A stretch of 58,202 nucleotides of DNA, filler included, from Basidioascus undulatus (Eukaryota), in assembly GCA_000826855.1 (NCBI GenBank). It is 5 parts of 5 records of this genome, joined end to end, with 100 filler letters (N's around TTAATTAATTAA, not from the genome) between each part and the next. Parts side by side here need not be neighbours in the genome. Positions count along the whole stretch, not along the records: positions 23,374 to 34,925 come from JTLS01000996.1; positions 35,026 to 46,575 come from JTLS01000997.1; 3 more parts are not named here. The stretch is one strand, 5' to 3'. Positions 23,419 to 36,971 of this stretch are shown here, in pieces. Below the pieces are notes generated by a model. It searched no databases. It was not told the origin of the DNA and saw nothing but the letters and a program-made list of their open reading frames with translations. Position 1 is the first letter of the stretch; the number at the start of each line of letters is the position of its first letter. The position numbers and the translations under genes are program-made.

Positions 23419-26400
23419 ATCTTCGCGAAGCATGAGGCCCAGAGAAGCTGGATCATAGAGGAGATCATGACTTCGCTCGTCAAGCTGCCGGATATCAAGA
23501 AGCACAAGCGTCAATTCCAGTGCGTCTTTCCCCCAACCTTCCTCTACCTCACTCATCGTCTTCGTCTGAGATACTGACGGCGTTGCGGTGCTATCTCCCA
23601 CAGGCTCCGCGACGGCCGCGCGATCCACACCGTCTCGGCCCTGCTCCTCCAGCTCGTCCAGTCGTGCGCGCATGGCGTGCGCTCGAGCGTCCGCCGACTG
23701 CGCAAGAAGCGGACGGCCGCGACCGCGGCGGGTGGAGAGGAGGCGGACGACACGCCCAAGGTCAAGGGCAAGGCGAAGGACAGGGCGGGCGAGCAGCCGG
23801 CGAGGCTGTTGAGTGAGGAGGACTTGCAAGTGCGTTCATGTTCCGAGGAGGCGGTGAGAGGCGTTTTGAGTGGGTGCTGATGGGTGCGTGCGGCTGGTGG
23901 CTGCTTTGATAGGAGTTGGCGATTTGGACGAAGGGACTCGAGTCGGCTATGCGCTCGGCGCAGTCGATCGTTATCTACTTGATGCAGAGGTGCGTCCGAG
24001 TGCGTTGCTCCGTCGAAGAATAGGTTTAGTTAATAAGGTGGTGATGGAAGGTCTACGTCGAGCAAGACGAACAAGAATTCGCACGAGGCCGACTTCCGCG
24101 CGATCCTCGACAACCTCGTCACCGACGCGCTCACGGTTCTGTACTGGCCTGAGTGGCCCGCCGCGTCGTTGCTGCTCATCGTACTGATTAAAAACATGGT
24201 GCGTTCGTCTTAATGCTACAGGAATGGCCCGGACGTCGTCGCTGATTCGCGTTACATTTGCTGGGTGGGACAGATGAAAGCGCTCGACGACCCCAAGTCC
24301 TCCGGCGAGGCGTCCGCTGCGAAGGGCATTGCGCTCGACCATCTCGGCCCGATCGCGGCGAAGCTGCGCGAGGTCGCACTGAGGCAGAGTGCCGCCGTAA
24401 AGACGGAGGATGGGGAGGAGGTGCAGGCGCCGCTCAAGCCGGTGGAGGGTGTGCGTCAGCTGTGGCTTGCTGTTGGATTGTGCCTTGCAGTGGCTGACAG
24501 TACGATGGAAGATGAAAATAGATCATCTGCGACGTCGACTCCGAGGCGCTGCATCGCTTGTCGGAGACGCACAAGGCGGTGTTTGCCTATCTGAGCCGCA
24601 GTGCGGGAGAAGACCAGGCGAGCGAGGTTCGTCTTGGTTCTGTTCACTATGCTTCCTGGTCTTTACTACTCCACTCAGCAATCTCTGTTTCAGAGCGCGC
24701 TCGAGCTCTCCGGCGCGCTGTGGGGCCAGGACATCGCCAACGCGCTCAAGCAGTGCCAGTCGATCCTCGAGAAGATGGACGCGGCCGCTGCGGACGCTGC
24801 AGCGCGGGCCGAGGCCGAGGCGTTTCGCTCGCTCGGCTCTCAGCTGCGTGCGCACCTGTCCGCGATCTGGACCAAGTCCGACCGGGAGAAGGCGAACGTG
24901 TTTGAGGTCGCGTGAGTCCCACCGCGTGGGCGCCTTTTTGCGCGTGTACTGATTCTTGCGCGCACGCTTGGGTTAGGAACGACGACGCTGCTGTGCGCGT
25001 CGATGCGCTTTCGGAACGACTGAGCACTGTCCAAGCGCTGCAGAGCGCGCAGGAGCAAGTCCTTGCGCGCATCCTGTCCTCGCTGCAGGCGACGTCCGTT
25101 CAGTTCCGCACCAAGGCGCTCAAGGCGCTCAACCAGCTGGTCACTTGCGACCCGGACGTGCTCCGCAACGTGGGTGTTAATTCATTTCATGACAATGTAG
25201 CGTTCGAAAGCGACACGGAGCTGACGTATAGCGTTTGCTCTGCACAGCCCGCCGTCCGGTCCAACATCGAGTACCGCCTCTCGGACGTCTCGCCCGCTGT
25301 GCGCGATGCCGCCATCGAACTCGTCGGCAAGTACATCGTGCAGGAGCCTGAGCTCGCGGACGAGTACTATCCGCGGATCAGCGAGCGCATCGCTGTACGT
25401 CTTTTGAGCGGTGTCTCCCCCAATGCGCTAAGTAAATTCATAGATTGCTTCCATATACAGGACACCGGTCTATCCGTTCGCAAGCGCGTCATCAAGCTCC
25501 TCAGGAGCATCTACCTCAGCACGTCAGACCAGCAGCGCCGCATCGACATCGGCCGCAGGCTGTCGCAGCGCATGATGGACGAGGACGACAACGTCAAGGT
25601 GCGTGTCATATCAACATCGCATCTACGCGTCATGCTTTCGCCTGACATGTTTTCGCGCTTTGCAGGAGCTCGCCGTCAAGACGCTCGAGGAGCTGTGGTT
25701 CTCCGACGGCATGCCGCACACGCCGAGCAAGCGCCGCGGCAGCGCGCAGGACAATGCTGTCGCCACGTCGGACACCGCGCTCGCGACAGCTACGACTCTC
25801 ATGGGCGTGGCTGGCAAATTCCGCGAGCGTCAATCGCCTCTCGAGGGTGTCCTTCAGGCCGTGCGTGTGCCTGACTTGCCCGCAATCGTCCTCTCACTCA
25901 CGCGTCTACACTTCTGCAGATCATCAAGGGCAAGGACGGGAAGCCCAGCCCGGGCGTGCGCGCACGCTACGAGGAGGTGTCCAACGCGTTGATCGACAGC
26001 TTGGACGGAAGCGCGGACGACCCTGGTTTCGTGCGCCATGCTTGGCTTGTGGTGATAAGCACGAACCGCTGACTGTTTATCGAGTGGTGCAGGACACGGT
26101 CAACTGCATTCGCGCAGTGTACTTCCTCTCCGTCGCCGAGCCGGAGCTGATCAAGAGTTCGCGTGCGGAGACGCTGCTGCCATACCTCACCGCCGGGTCA
26201 TCGGTACGTGCAACAGGCTACCTTCAACCTTAATGAAATGCGCTGAACTTTTATCACTTTTCCTGTCGATGCAGGACAACGAACGCGCCATCTCGGACGT
26301 CCTGCTCAAGATCTTCCGTGCTTGCGTGCCGAGGATGCCGAAATCGTCGACGCGCTTTGCGGCCGAGCTCCAGCGCAAGCTCTTGCCGATGGTCAGCAAG

Positions 26401-28780
26401 CCGTCGAACGGACTTGCTGTACACCTTTCTCATTTCAAAATTTCTCAAATACATTTGGTAGCTGACCGCTCCCGATAGTCTCTGCAGGAGACCGTCGCCT
26501 GCCTGTGCGCGGTCGTCAACGGCCACACGCATGCTTTCGACGTGCTGGTGCGGATGCTCAAGACTGTCAACGGTTCGTTCGCCTGATCTAGGCCCCAGGC
26601 GGATTGTTTACTGAAGCAACAATGAGCGTGCTCAGGCCAGCTGCAGCAACTGCTGGCGAAGGCCAAGAACGGCGAGAAGCTGAGCGACCCTCGCCCGGCA
26701 ACACTGCTCCTGTTGATCATCGGCCTGCTCGTCGAGCACTGCGACTTCGATCAAGTGCGCAAGGACGACCTGAGTACGTACAGTACTCTCGTCTTCGGCC
26801 GTTTGCCAGGACGTAGCTGACCTTGCCTCAACTAGACGTCGCTGCTGAGCTGAACAACATATCCCAGGTACGCTACAAGTCTCATCGCAGTTATACAGAC
26901 CACAAACGCTGATGGTCTTTATCACAGGGACGCATCGCTGAGCATGTATACAACGTCCTCATCCAGTGCCGTCGGTTCGCTCCGAACGTGCAGCTGCAGA
27001 TGATTGCGTTGCAGTCGCTCGGTGAGCGCAAGTTTACCTGATCTACCTGATTCCACGGGCTAATGCACGCGAACCAGGCTGCGTGTTCCGTGCGCACCCG
27101 GTGCTCATGACGCAGGACAGCTCTCTCGAGCTCATGGACGCCGTCTTCGCCTCTACCAACGGCCCCGATCGCGCTCGCCTGCTTAAGGTCATCCAAGAGT
27201 ACTTGCTCGCTGACTCGACTAAGAGAGACGCTGCGTCCGTCGAAGGTACGTCTTGCATGCGTTCTCCAGGCCTACTTTGGCTGACGCGCTTCTGTGAATC
27301 AGATACGACGGCCGGCGCGGTGGACATGAAGCTGCTCGTCGGCAACGCGGACGGCTTCGCCGAGTCCGGGTGCGACCTCGTCTTCATTGTACTTTCCTCA
27401 TCCGTTTGACTAACGCCTCGTTGATTGTTCAGTGTCAGCGCTTCGATCATCCAACGCTACCTCGACCACATCCTCGTCGCTGCGCGTTCCGACCAACCTG
27501 CGCTGCAGCAACCTGCGCTGGACATCATGTCCTTCACCATCAAGCAGGGCTTGGCGCATCCGCTCCAGGTAATGCTCTCCTTCCGCAATGTGAAAGCACG
27601 CTTGCGATTGCGCAACTGACGACTTCGCAACAGTGCCTGCCCACCATCATCGCGCTCGAGACGAGCGCCGAAAGCGCACTCTCCTCGAAAGTTTTCGGCC
27701 TCCACTCCATCTTGCACACGAAGCACGCGTCCATCATCAACAACCGGTTCGAAGAGTGCGCGACCTCCGCCTTCGACTTCCAAAGCGCTCGAGCGAAAGG
27801 CGCCACGGTTCGTGGTACGTGTGTTCAAGACTACGTGCTCCTCTTTCATTGCTCACGCCCGGGGGCATACAGGCTACCGCATTGACGGTGAGACTGTCAA
27901 CGCCCTCGTCTCTCGGTGGTACGGTCTCGTCCGCGAGAAGCGCGCGTGGCGCTTGGAATTCCTCAAAGCGACGACCAAGGCGTTTGACATCGATCCCGAG
28001 CGCACACCCTGCACTCAGGTACGTCTTCCGCATCTTCTCCATGCCGCACTTGCAGTGCTTATCTAACACGCGAAATCACCCTCAGCGCGACATCGACCTT
28101 ACTCGCTTCATCGCTGAGAATATCGCGGCATTGGAGTTCAAGACGCAGGAGGAGGTGCTTATCGTCGCGCGCCTCCTCACGACGTACCTCTCCAACATGG
28201 GCGAGCAAGTCCGCCAGACGCTATCGGACCTCGCTCCGTCGGACGGTATGGAAGTTGACGGCGACGAGGCCGGGACCGGTATGCTCCTTTCCTCTTCCTG
28301 TCCGGTTGAGCTTGGCTCTGACCCGTGCATCAACAGTGGACGACCCGCACCTGCTGTCGACCGTTCGCGCTTCAGTCGTTCTCGGCATCGCGCTGCTGCT
28401 TAAGGCACAACTGAAGCAGCTCTATGGGCTGAACGAGAAGTGCATCCAAATCATGCTGAAGCATTACAAAGCTGCCGATTGATCGAAACTCTCCCTCAGG
28501 AGGTGTCTCGAGTACGTCCCGAACAAGAAGACGGCCTTCGGCGACCGGCCAGCCACGCGCAAGGCCGACGGCAGCCCCGTGCTCCAGTACGACCGCATGC
28601 CGTTCGCCGACCGTCCGCTGCAGACGCTTGCAGACATTTACGTGCAGCAAGAAGCTGTGAGTCTCCTTGAGACTGTCTATGGCCTGCGCAGACTGATGAC
28701 ATGGGCAACCGGCTATGCAGTTCCTCAAAATGCTCGAAGAGGAGCTCCCGGAGCCCATGGACGAAGAAGACGAGCCGTGA
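23419..28780 (+). CDS. SCC2: Cohesin loader Scc2/NIPBL/Mis4, C-terminal HEAT region (5' truncated)
   Basis: [113 protein letters not shown]. Many short GT-AG introns; TGA at 28778-28780. Confidence 0.95.
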
Positions 28781-29031
28781 CAACATTCTCCTTATACCCT
28801 GTTTCGCCGCCCGGGGTGCCTGTGACTTTACACGATGTTGTACAATTTGAGCACATTGTCTAGAGGTGGATTGTGTGAACGTGTCTTTCGCCATCCGAAC
28901 TGACTCCGTGCCCTGAGTATCGGTCCTCTTACCCCTTGCGAGTAGGCAGTGAAGACAACGATTCGCAGACAGTTGAAACGAATCCTGGTAGCTTCTTGAA
29001 AATGATAAGGCCTTGTTGTGTCGTGAAAATA

Positions 29032-29862
29032 TTATTCAACGCGATTTTCATGTCCCTCTTGCACTTGCTCTGCACTTGCTTTGCACTCCGCCAGCTCGCG
29101 CTCCAACTGCTCGATCCGCTGCGCCATCTCATCTTGAAGCTCTTCGCTTGTTCCAACCTTCGGTTTTCCTATCAGGACAACAGGGAAAGGATGTGCCTAT
29201 CGTGAACTTACCGCTGTCTCGCCCACGAGCTTGACCAGCCGCCAGAGGCGGAACACGACGACCAAGCCGGCGAGGTCGGACTCGGCACCCTGATGCGTCA
29301 GTGAAGGAGTCAGTCGTGCTCCGTAGGCTATCCGAAGGTTTAAACTTACACGCAACCATACTTCGAGGGAGAAGGTGCCGAAGATTAGCAGAGCATCGAA
29401 GCAATGCCATGCGGCGTGAGGATCCTTGATGTAGTAGTGCAGGCCAAATGTGAACTAAAGCGTGGACTTCAATGAACGTGATACTTTCGATCATGCCCCC
29501 TGCTCACCAGGTAGAGAGGCGGCTCGACAACGAAAAGGCACGCGAGCACGAAGGCGAGCACACGAAGTGCCTTGAGCCAATCCGGGGCGGCACCTTCATC
29601 TGGCGAGCATTGGCCGCTGGCAAGTGCATACACGACTTCGGCAAAGGTAACAAGGACGTCGATCATGACCTTTTGAGACGTTCCAAGTCAGGGATGCATG
29701 CGTCTCAAGCTACGCCGTGCGTACCAGCGCGAGGACCGCTCGATGCCAGGAGGGGCGCTCGAGAATCTGAGCCAGCTTCGCTCTACATCGGGTGAGGGTT
29801 GATCGAAATGAGTCGTCGATACACGGCGCTAGCAAGGATGTACGCTCAGTGAACGATGGCAT
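29032..29862 (-). CDS. HV1: Voltage-gated proton channel Hv1
   Basis: Four TM helices: S1 HRAVLALVMIDVLVTFAEV (selectivity Asp), S2 LFVVEP, S3 WHCFDALLIFGTFSLEV, S4 AGLVVVFRLWRLVKL (RxWRxxK). C-terminal coiled coil; no pore domain. Confidence 0.88.
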
Positions 29863-31041
29863 GGTGCGACTCGAAGGGGGTAGAAGGGGTGATGGAGCAA
29901 GGAGGGAAGCGCAGCATTGCGCCGCGTGCAACAACGAGCCGCTGTTGAGCAGAGGGGTTCGCGGGTCGGTGCGCACGTCCAGAATAGACCTGAAGGTTGT
30001 GCCAACCTCCAGTTGGCTAGGATTTTCTGTCATGGCCCTGTAGTTCACTCACTGTCACTTACGGAAAATGGCAGGCTCCGAGAGATGCGCATGAAACTGT
30101 TACTTTGGGCGGGATTCGAAGCCTGGCACTGTCGCCACTGCCCCGACTCGCCCACTGCATTTGACTGCATGCTGCCTTTCCTGACATTGCGGTTAGGCAG
30201 GCAAACCCGTAGGGCTGGACGCGGTCGCGCTGACGCCGTCCGGTTGTCCTTGATGCGGCGGGACCATTGCCCTCAGTCGTCAATGATCCTGGCATTATGA
30301 GCTGAAAGTTATCTTTCAATACGCCGTCATGACAGCAAATTTGCGGTGCAGCAGCAGTTCTTCAGACCGTGAACTTTAATCTGAAGGGGATATACGAACC
30401 CTTTGGACATGGTGACTTGATCAACCCATCAAGATCCCCAGGGCCGTTGACCTCCTTCGCCGTTGCGTCGGGTGTACCCTCAATCAGCCAAGCGTCGAGC
30501 CGCTCCATTTGACCGTGGTGCGCCCCAAACATGCATACTTTGCTTCAGCTGCGGGTCCTGTAGCTTTTCCAGCAGATGGACTTCCTATAATCCACCAGGG
30601 ATAAGTCTGCTAGGCGCCCGCCTGCGTCAGTTCCGGGCTAGACTAGAGAATCAGAATGCAAGTACTAGACTTTCCTTCTCCAACTATCTTACCCATTTGA
30701 CCTACGTGTGCAAGACATTATCTTACATGATCTGTCAGTCCTGCGGTCGAGCCCTAAGGTAGTTTGCGTCTCGTGCTGGCTGAGCCGCTGAGAACAGCTT
30801 CGTAGCACCTCTGAGATGCCGGTTCTGTAGACCTCTGGGGCTTCCAGAGCTACCTTGACTTTGCGCTTGCCCTGAGGACGAAGTGACTGGATAGGCGCAC
30901 GCCTCACCGCGCACCGCTGTCGTTTCAGACTGCGTCCTCCCACGGAACGGCGTGCTTGGCCGGCGCGGCACCCCTCCTCTCACACTGCTTGGTTGCCGAC
31001 CACCATCATACCTCAACACCCTCATCCCAGCTTATTCAGCC

Positions 31042-32568
31042 ATGTTCCACTTCACCGTCCAACGTCTGTTCATGGAGGTCGCCCTCCCATTGTGGTCGCC
31101 TCGGTGCTCGCGGCCCCCTCCAGCTTGCGCGCTTGGCTCGCCGTCTCGCAAGCGACCAGCCCGCCTGGTCCGCCGTTCAACCTCTCCTGGAAGGGAACTG
31201 TCTTGGAAATCTCTCTTTTTTCATTCTCCGGTGTCACATATCTGGTTCTCCGGGTATTGGCGAGTAAGAAGGCCGCCGATGGACTTGGGGGGCTTGGTTG
31301 TCTTGAGTTTCGTGGTGCGTCCCCTCCGGTGCTTTTCAGGACACGGGTGGAGTTGAATGGGGGTCTTCCAGGATTTCCTCCTCCACAAAGTTCTAGTTTG
31401 CCTTTCCGGCACGAAGGACTATGCCGTAGCCCCGTGCCAATGGGAGGGAGTCGCATGCGCTCTGTGATCTTGAGCTAGTTGAAACTGACACGGACGGAGA
31501 GAAAAGTCCTCTGCTACCTGGATCCTCCGAGAAGTCTCTCGAACAGGCTGCTCTTCCTGCTCGCTGAGGCCGGCCTCATGATCGCGCTCCTCTGCCTCGA
31601 GGTCAAGCAACCGACGAACGGCATCGGCTCGCTGCTGTCAACACCGCCTTTCTCGTCCACTGCGCTGAGCGCCGTCTTCCGCTCTACAGTCTCAAAGGTG
31701 TATCGAAGTGTGCACTTATTCTTAAGGTGAGTGCTGAAATTTGCCTCGAGGAAAGACGCTAATCTGACGAAGACGCTTCCGCGCCTTGATGAACTCGCCA
31801 GGCCGTCTCCTTCATCACGAGTTTCGCAACAACATTTCCTGTGGTATCCGCAGCTTTTCATACCGCAGCAGGCTTCTACCCCGGCATGGCCCACAATATT
31901 CTCCCCTTTCACTTCTTCAAGGCTTTCTATCTGCAGTCTATGAAGCAGTACGAGAACAAGCTCGCCTTCAGGCTCGGATCCCTTCTCGCCAATGCGGCAT
32001 GGCTCGCCTCACTGTGCACCTTCGTAGTGCTCCCAGCCTTGGTCTATCGACTGGATTACAATCTCGCTAGGGTCCGAGTGGGGTCTCCGGCCGCTCGGCT
32101 CACCGTTCTTGAATCGGCGCCCGAACACCCTGCGGACACTGGAACAGCCATTCGCATCGCCTCCGCTCCTTGCGACCCTTTCCCGAAGACGTACTTCTGT
32201 ACCTTTCTTACTCTGACTATATTTTCGGTGCCCATGTCGATTGGTTTTGCGCACTCTTTCAAGAATCAGGATACGGTTTTCAGCGTGTTTACTCAGCGTG
32301 CTTCTGCTCATCCTCCTTACGCTCGTAACAGCCGGGATCGCGTTCATAGCTTTCATCCGCGACGAGTGGGACTACGTCTGGGCGTACAGCGAGGATTGGG
32401 GTCGGACATCGTCGAGCTGAGGTTTTGCAGAATGGCGCCGACACGGACGAGAAGGAGAACGAGGATGATGTGGAAGAGCAGGAGATGGACGAGGCTCACC
32501 CCGAGCTCGCCCCTGCCGACATTCCTGCCGTTGTTCCCCGCGCGTACGTCGTGAATGAGGCTTACTAG
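31042..32568 (+). pseudogene. Multi-pass membrane protein gene with several frameshifts, resembling a divergent signal peptide peptidase (A22B) without GxGD
   Basis: Hydrophobic segments join only by frameshifts (~31090, ~32290, ~32410). C-terminal VVLPALVYRLDY...FPKTYF...HSFK...FIRDEWDYVWAYSE followed by an acidic tail. Confidence 0.35.
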
Positions 32569-32962
32569 TCCACTCCCCACACCTTCTTTTCTTCTCGCGG
32601 TCACTCTCCGTTTCAAGCTAGCTAGGATTGTCTCCTCCCTGATTCTCGTTCTCGCAGCAAATTTATCTCGCGTGTTTGCGCTGTCATCAGCGCATCAGCA
32701 GTGATTGTGTGCAGCCGGGCAGTCTACCTCAACGCCGCTCTTACCTATTACTGGACTTCGAGTCAAGGTCTCTGACTCATGCTCCTGTTCCTCTCTTTTC
32801 CATAGGCTCGTGTCTCTCTTTCCGACCGTACGGCACATGACAGCGAAAAGAACTAAGAGGCCAAACACGCCAAGACAGCATCTCGTCAAAGCCTTCTCCT
32901 CACTCTTTCAGCCAGGCCTCGCTATCCCACTTTGCTTGCCCCTTCCCCTTTGACTCCTTCCC

Positions 32963-33770
32963 CTACCGCTTCTTCCCATACAAAGCCTCCTTGATCCTCT
33001 CTCGCAAGTTACCCGAGTTGTCCGGATCGCCTTCGACATCCACTGGGTGCTCATGTGGTGGGATAATGACTTCGGTACCGTCATCGTACACGAGGATGTA
33101 CGGCGGGCGGAGGGAGGGAGCCGGAGAAGAGAGCGAGTCGGCCGAAGTGGTATGCGAAGGCAACTCTGGAATAGGGAAAATGGCCTTAGTCAGCTTGTAG
33201 AGTCTCGTTATAATGTAGAAGAAGTCCACGGACCCCGCCGCTTCTGCCTATACAAAGCCTTCTTGATCCTCTCTCGCAAATCACCCACGTTGTCCTGATC
33301 CCCTTCGATGTCGACCGGGTGCTCAGGCCACGCGATGCCGACCTCGGTGCCGTCGCCAAACGCGAGGACGAAGGGCGGATGGTTGGAGGGCGGCGAAAAC
33401 GACGGGGGATGCGGTGAAGACGTCGTGTGCGACGACTCTGAAATCGCATGTGCCCGCGCTTAGCGCGTCGCGCCTGATGATAATGTACGACGAGCTCCAC
33501 GGACTTCGGGTTTTATGGGGAGTCCTATATCTTACCGGTGCAGACGAGCGGAGCGTCGGGGGCGGAGATCTTTGGTTGTAGTCAGACCACTTGGGACAGG
33601 GCCAGTCGCACCAGTCGAGCACGCGTGTGCCGTCTCTGGCGACGGAGGTTGGCCCGACGGCAGACCGTAAGGTCTCCCAGGAGGGTCCACCGAGGGTTTC
33701 GCTAGGGGGTTCAGAGTCGGGGAGCTCCCGAGGAGGCGGAGGTGTTGAAATCGTTTGCGGGACGTCCGCT
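32963..33770 (-). CDS. Hypothetical protein with tandemly duplicated exons (start uncertain)
   Basis: Exons 33234-33437 and 32963-33165 are paralogous (GDGTEV..PEHPVDIEGDQDNVGDLRERIKKALY versus DDGTEV..HEHPVDVEGDPDNSGNLRERIKEALY). Each is preceded by a similar GTCCGTGGA...CAG phase-1 intron and they splice in frame. Confidence 0.6.
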
Positions 33771-34728
33771 TACACACTGTGCGGACTGCGTCTCGTTCGA
33801 CGTTCTTGGCAGCGTTGGAAGCGGTTGAGGTTCGCAAGGTTGGTTAGAAAGACGTAACTGAGAAAGGTCTGGAGGGGTGTTGTTCTGCATGTGTGTTGGC
33901 TGTGGTGGCGAGAGCAGAAGAGGAGATGTTGGGAGATGGAGATGCCCTGCGGAAATCGTGTACGTGTCGGTCCCGATACGTTTAATCCCGCGAAGGTGTC
34001 CGTTCGAAGTACAGCCGAGACAGTTGAGGAGTCTTTGGCTAGTAAATGCAAAGAAAATAACAAGCTCTCATGGTGCCAGAAACTGCGCGAAGCGCAGTTC
34101 TGAGAGCAGGGGGAGCTTTAAGGCTGGGACCATGTCCCATACACATCTCATAGTATGGACATAAACCCTCATAAACCTTCATACTTCACACACATACATA
34201 CAGCTCCGGGTTGTATGTCCAGATATGAGGTTGAACCTCATAGGATGAGCAATTGTATGAGGTTACGGGCTGAAAGGGCGGCAATCTTCTTGTTGGTCTC
34301 TCTCACAAGTTGCTGCCCATCGATATTCAAGAATCATGGGTTTTGGTAATGTCGAGAACAGAAACTATAGATCCAACTCCTGCATAACACATATTTCTAC
34401 TGATACACAGTTAGGTGTTGTCTTGTGGGAAGATCTTCAGCGCAGTCGGGCAACTCTCGGCTTTCCAATGCACATCAGTCTGCTGTTGCCACACAACACC
34501 CTCACCGTTGATGAGGAACCTTTGGTGCCCCTAAATTTTAGCTGTTCAAGGTTGACATGACTACTTTAGATTGTCATTCCTGTTCTGAAAGTGGTGGCAG
34601 GGTGTGCTATATGAGCACAGCAACTCTCTGACATTCACAGTACATAATCCCCCCTCCATCTTACTTATTACTGCTCAACTTTCTCTTAAACTCTTTTCAG
34701 ATCCTTACCTACGCCATTCCTTCTTCCT

Positions 34729-34925
34729 TGTCAGGACCTGAGCTGCAGGGACAGACCGCAGTGGGGACTACCAGCAGAGTGGGTGGCAAGGGTGCAGGTT
34801 GGCTAGGGGCAGCAAAAGAGAGCAAGGGCTGGACAGAGTGGGACTAGGGACAAGAGAGGCAAGATTGGATGGAGAGTGAGGCTAGCTAACCAGGGGGCTT
34901 ATATAGACAAGAGAGAGGGGGTGGA
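34729..34925 (-). mobile_element. Probable LTR fragment (cut by contig end)
   Basis: TGTCAGG terminus at 34729 (…CA end on the minus strand), minus-strand TATATAAG followed by a pyrimidine-rich tract, and strong CpG poverty. Confidence 0.4.
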
Positions 34926-35025
34926 NNNNNNNNNNNNNNNNNNNNNNNNNNNNNNNNNNNNNNNNNNNNTTAATTAATTAANNNNNNNNNNNNNNNNNNN
35001 NNNNNNNNNNNNNNNNNNNNNNNNN
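34926..35025. other. Artificial contig spacer
   Basis: 44 N + TTAATTAATTAA + 44 N. Confidence 0.97.
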
Positions 35026-36130
35026 AAACGCTACAGACTCACAAAGGTGGACATGAGGAAGGTTGCTACGGTGAGGGTATCGACACCCCAGGAATATATG
35101 GCGGGCTGCCCCATTCACGACAGGTGCGCAGGCCACTTTGCAAGGACCCCTACTGGGACTCTACTCATGCCCTCCCGACCACTGTGGATCTTGGTCCTCT
35201 CTGCGAGTGTGCCACAAACACAGGTTGGGACGCCATCCCTGGCCAGTCTACAAACCATGTTTCGCACACCACCACCACATCTACCTAACCTCCCAACTCG
35301 GCAGCAATCCACTTGAGCATGGACCCTGTCATGCCCTGCGCATTGGCCAGTGCAATGCGCAGCTGCGCCCCTTAAGGACTCATTGGCACTCCCCACCGGC
35401 AGGCTGCTCAGTGGGGTCATGGGTGGACGCTGTGGCCTGATATGTAAAGAGGGCAGTGTAGGCGAAGGTGAGGGAGAGGGGATGGGGAGGGAGAAGGGGA
35501 GGGAGAAGGAGAGGGGTGAGATGCCGACCTGGTGTCTTGTGCCTGCTCTGGGGAAGGGGCCACCGGTACTGCGTCAAGATCTCTCTCGAGCTCCTTGCGC
35601 CAGTCAGAGAAGAACTGGGCTGTGTCCTTGGACTGGCCTGCTTCTCGTTCAAGACGGACAAAGAGACGCTCACGCAACTTCTGGGCCAGGTCTGGAGGGG
35701 GTGTGCTGTTTGTCTGCTGTTGCCAAGGGGTTGTAGTTGCGCAGAATGCGGAAGCCAAGCTGCTCCATTGCAGTGTGCAATCGGGGGGAATAGGAGGCAG
35801 CAACAAGGAACTCAACAGTGAAAGCGCCCACATAGGCATAGTTGAAGATCTGCGAGAGGGCGATCCGTGCTGTGGCCAGGTTGGACTTGAGCTACGAGAG
35901 TGGAAGGCGTGCCAAAGACTTCCAGTCACCAACTGTCACGGTGGCCTTCGAGTCGCCTTGAGACGCCATGCTCGCTGGAAGGTAGGGGACAAGTGGTTTC
36001 GTGTACGATTTTGGCTCTTGACCACTGGAAGGCCATTCCCAATGCTCAGACATCGGCTGCCATATTGTTCGTTCAGCGCACCGGGAATGTAAGCTAACTG
36101 CCTTGTGAAAGCGATGTAGTAAGTACTTAC
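35026..36130 (-). mobile_element. Degenerate non-LTR (LINE) retrotransposon: ORF1-like region plus start of ORF2 AP-endonuclease
   Basis: QLRIALANAQGMTGSMLKWIAAELGG*VDVVVVCETWF (APE N-terminal N..G and ETW motifs, stop at 35285-35287). Upstream interrupted, intronless ORF EFLVAASY...LGFRILRNYNP...FFSDWRKEL. CpG-poor; 5' boundary approximate. Confidence 0.7.
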
Positions 36131-36333
36131 GCGTTCCGCGAAACCTGCTCCCTCTCAGAGCGACGTTGGACTGCTCGTCTACGCGTGAATTGCTGCTAGG
36201 CGCCGAGGGGTATTCGCCGGGCAGTCGGTCCAACCAGCGCACACACAAACAAGAGTGCGAGGCAATACCATGCAGGAGTAACTAGTAATACAACGAGTAC
36301 AGAAATCAAGCGTCCCTCCAAACAAGAAACCGC

Positions 36334-36971
<638 letters not shown>

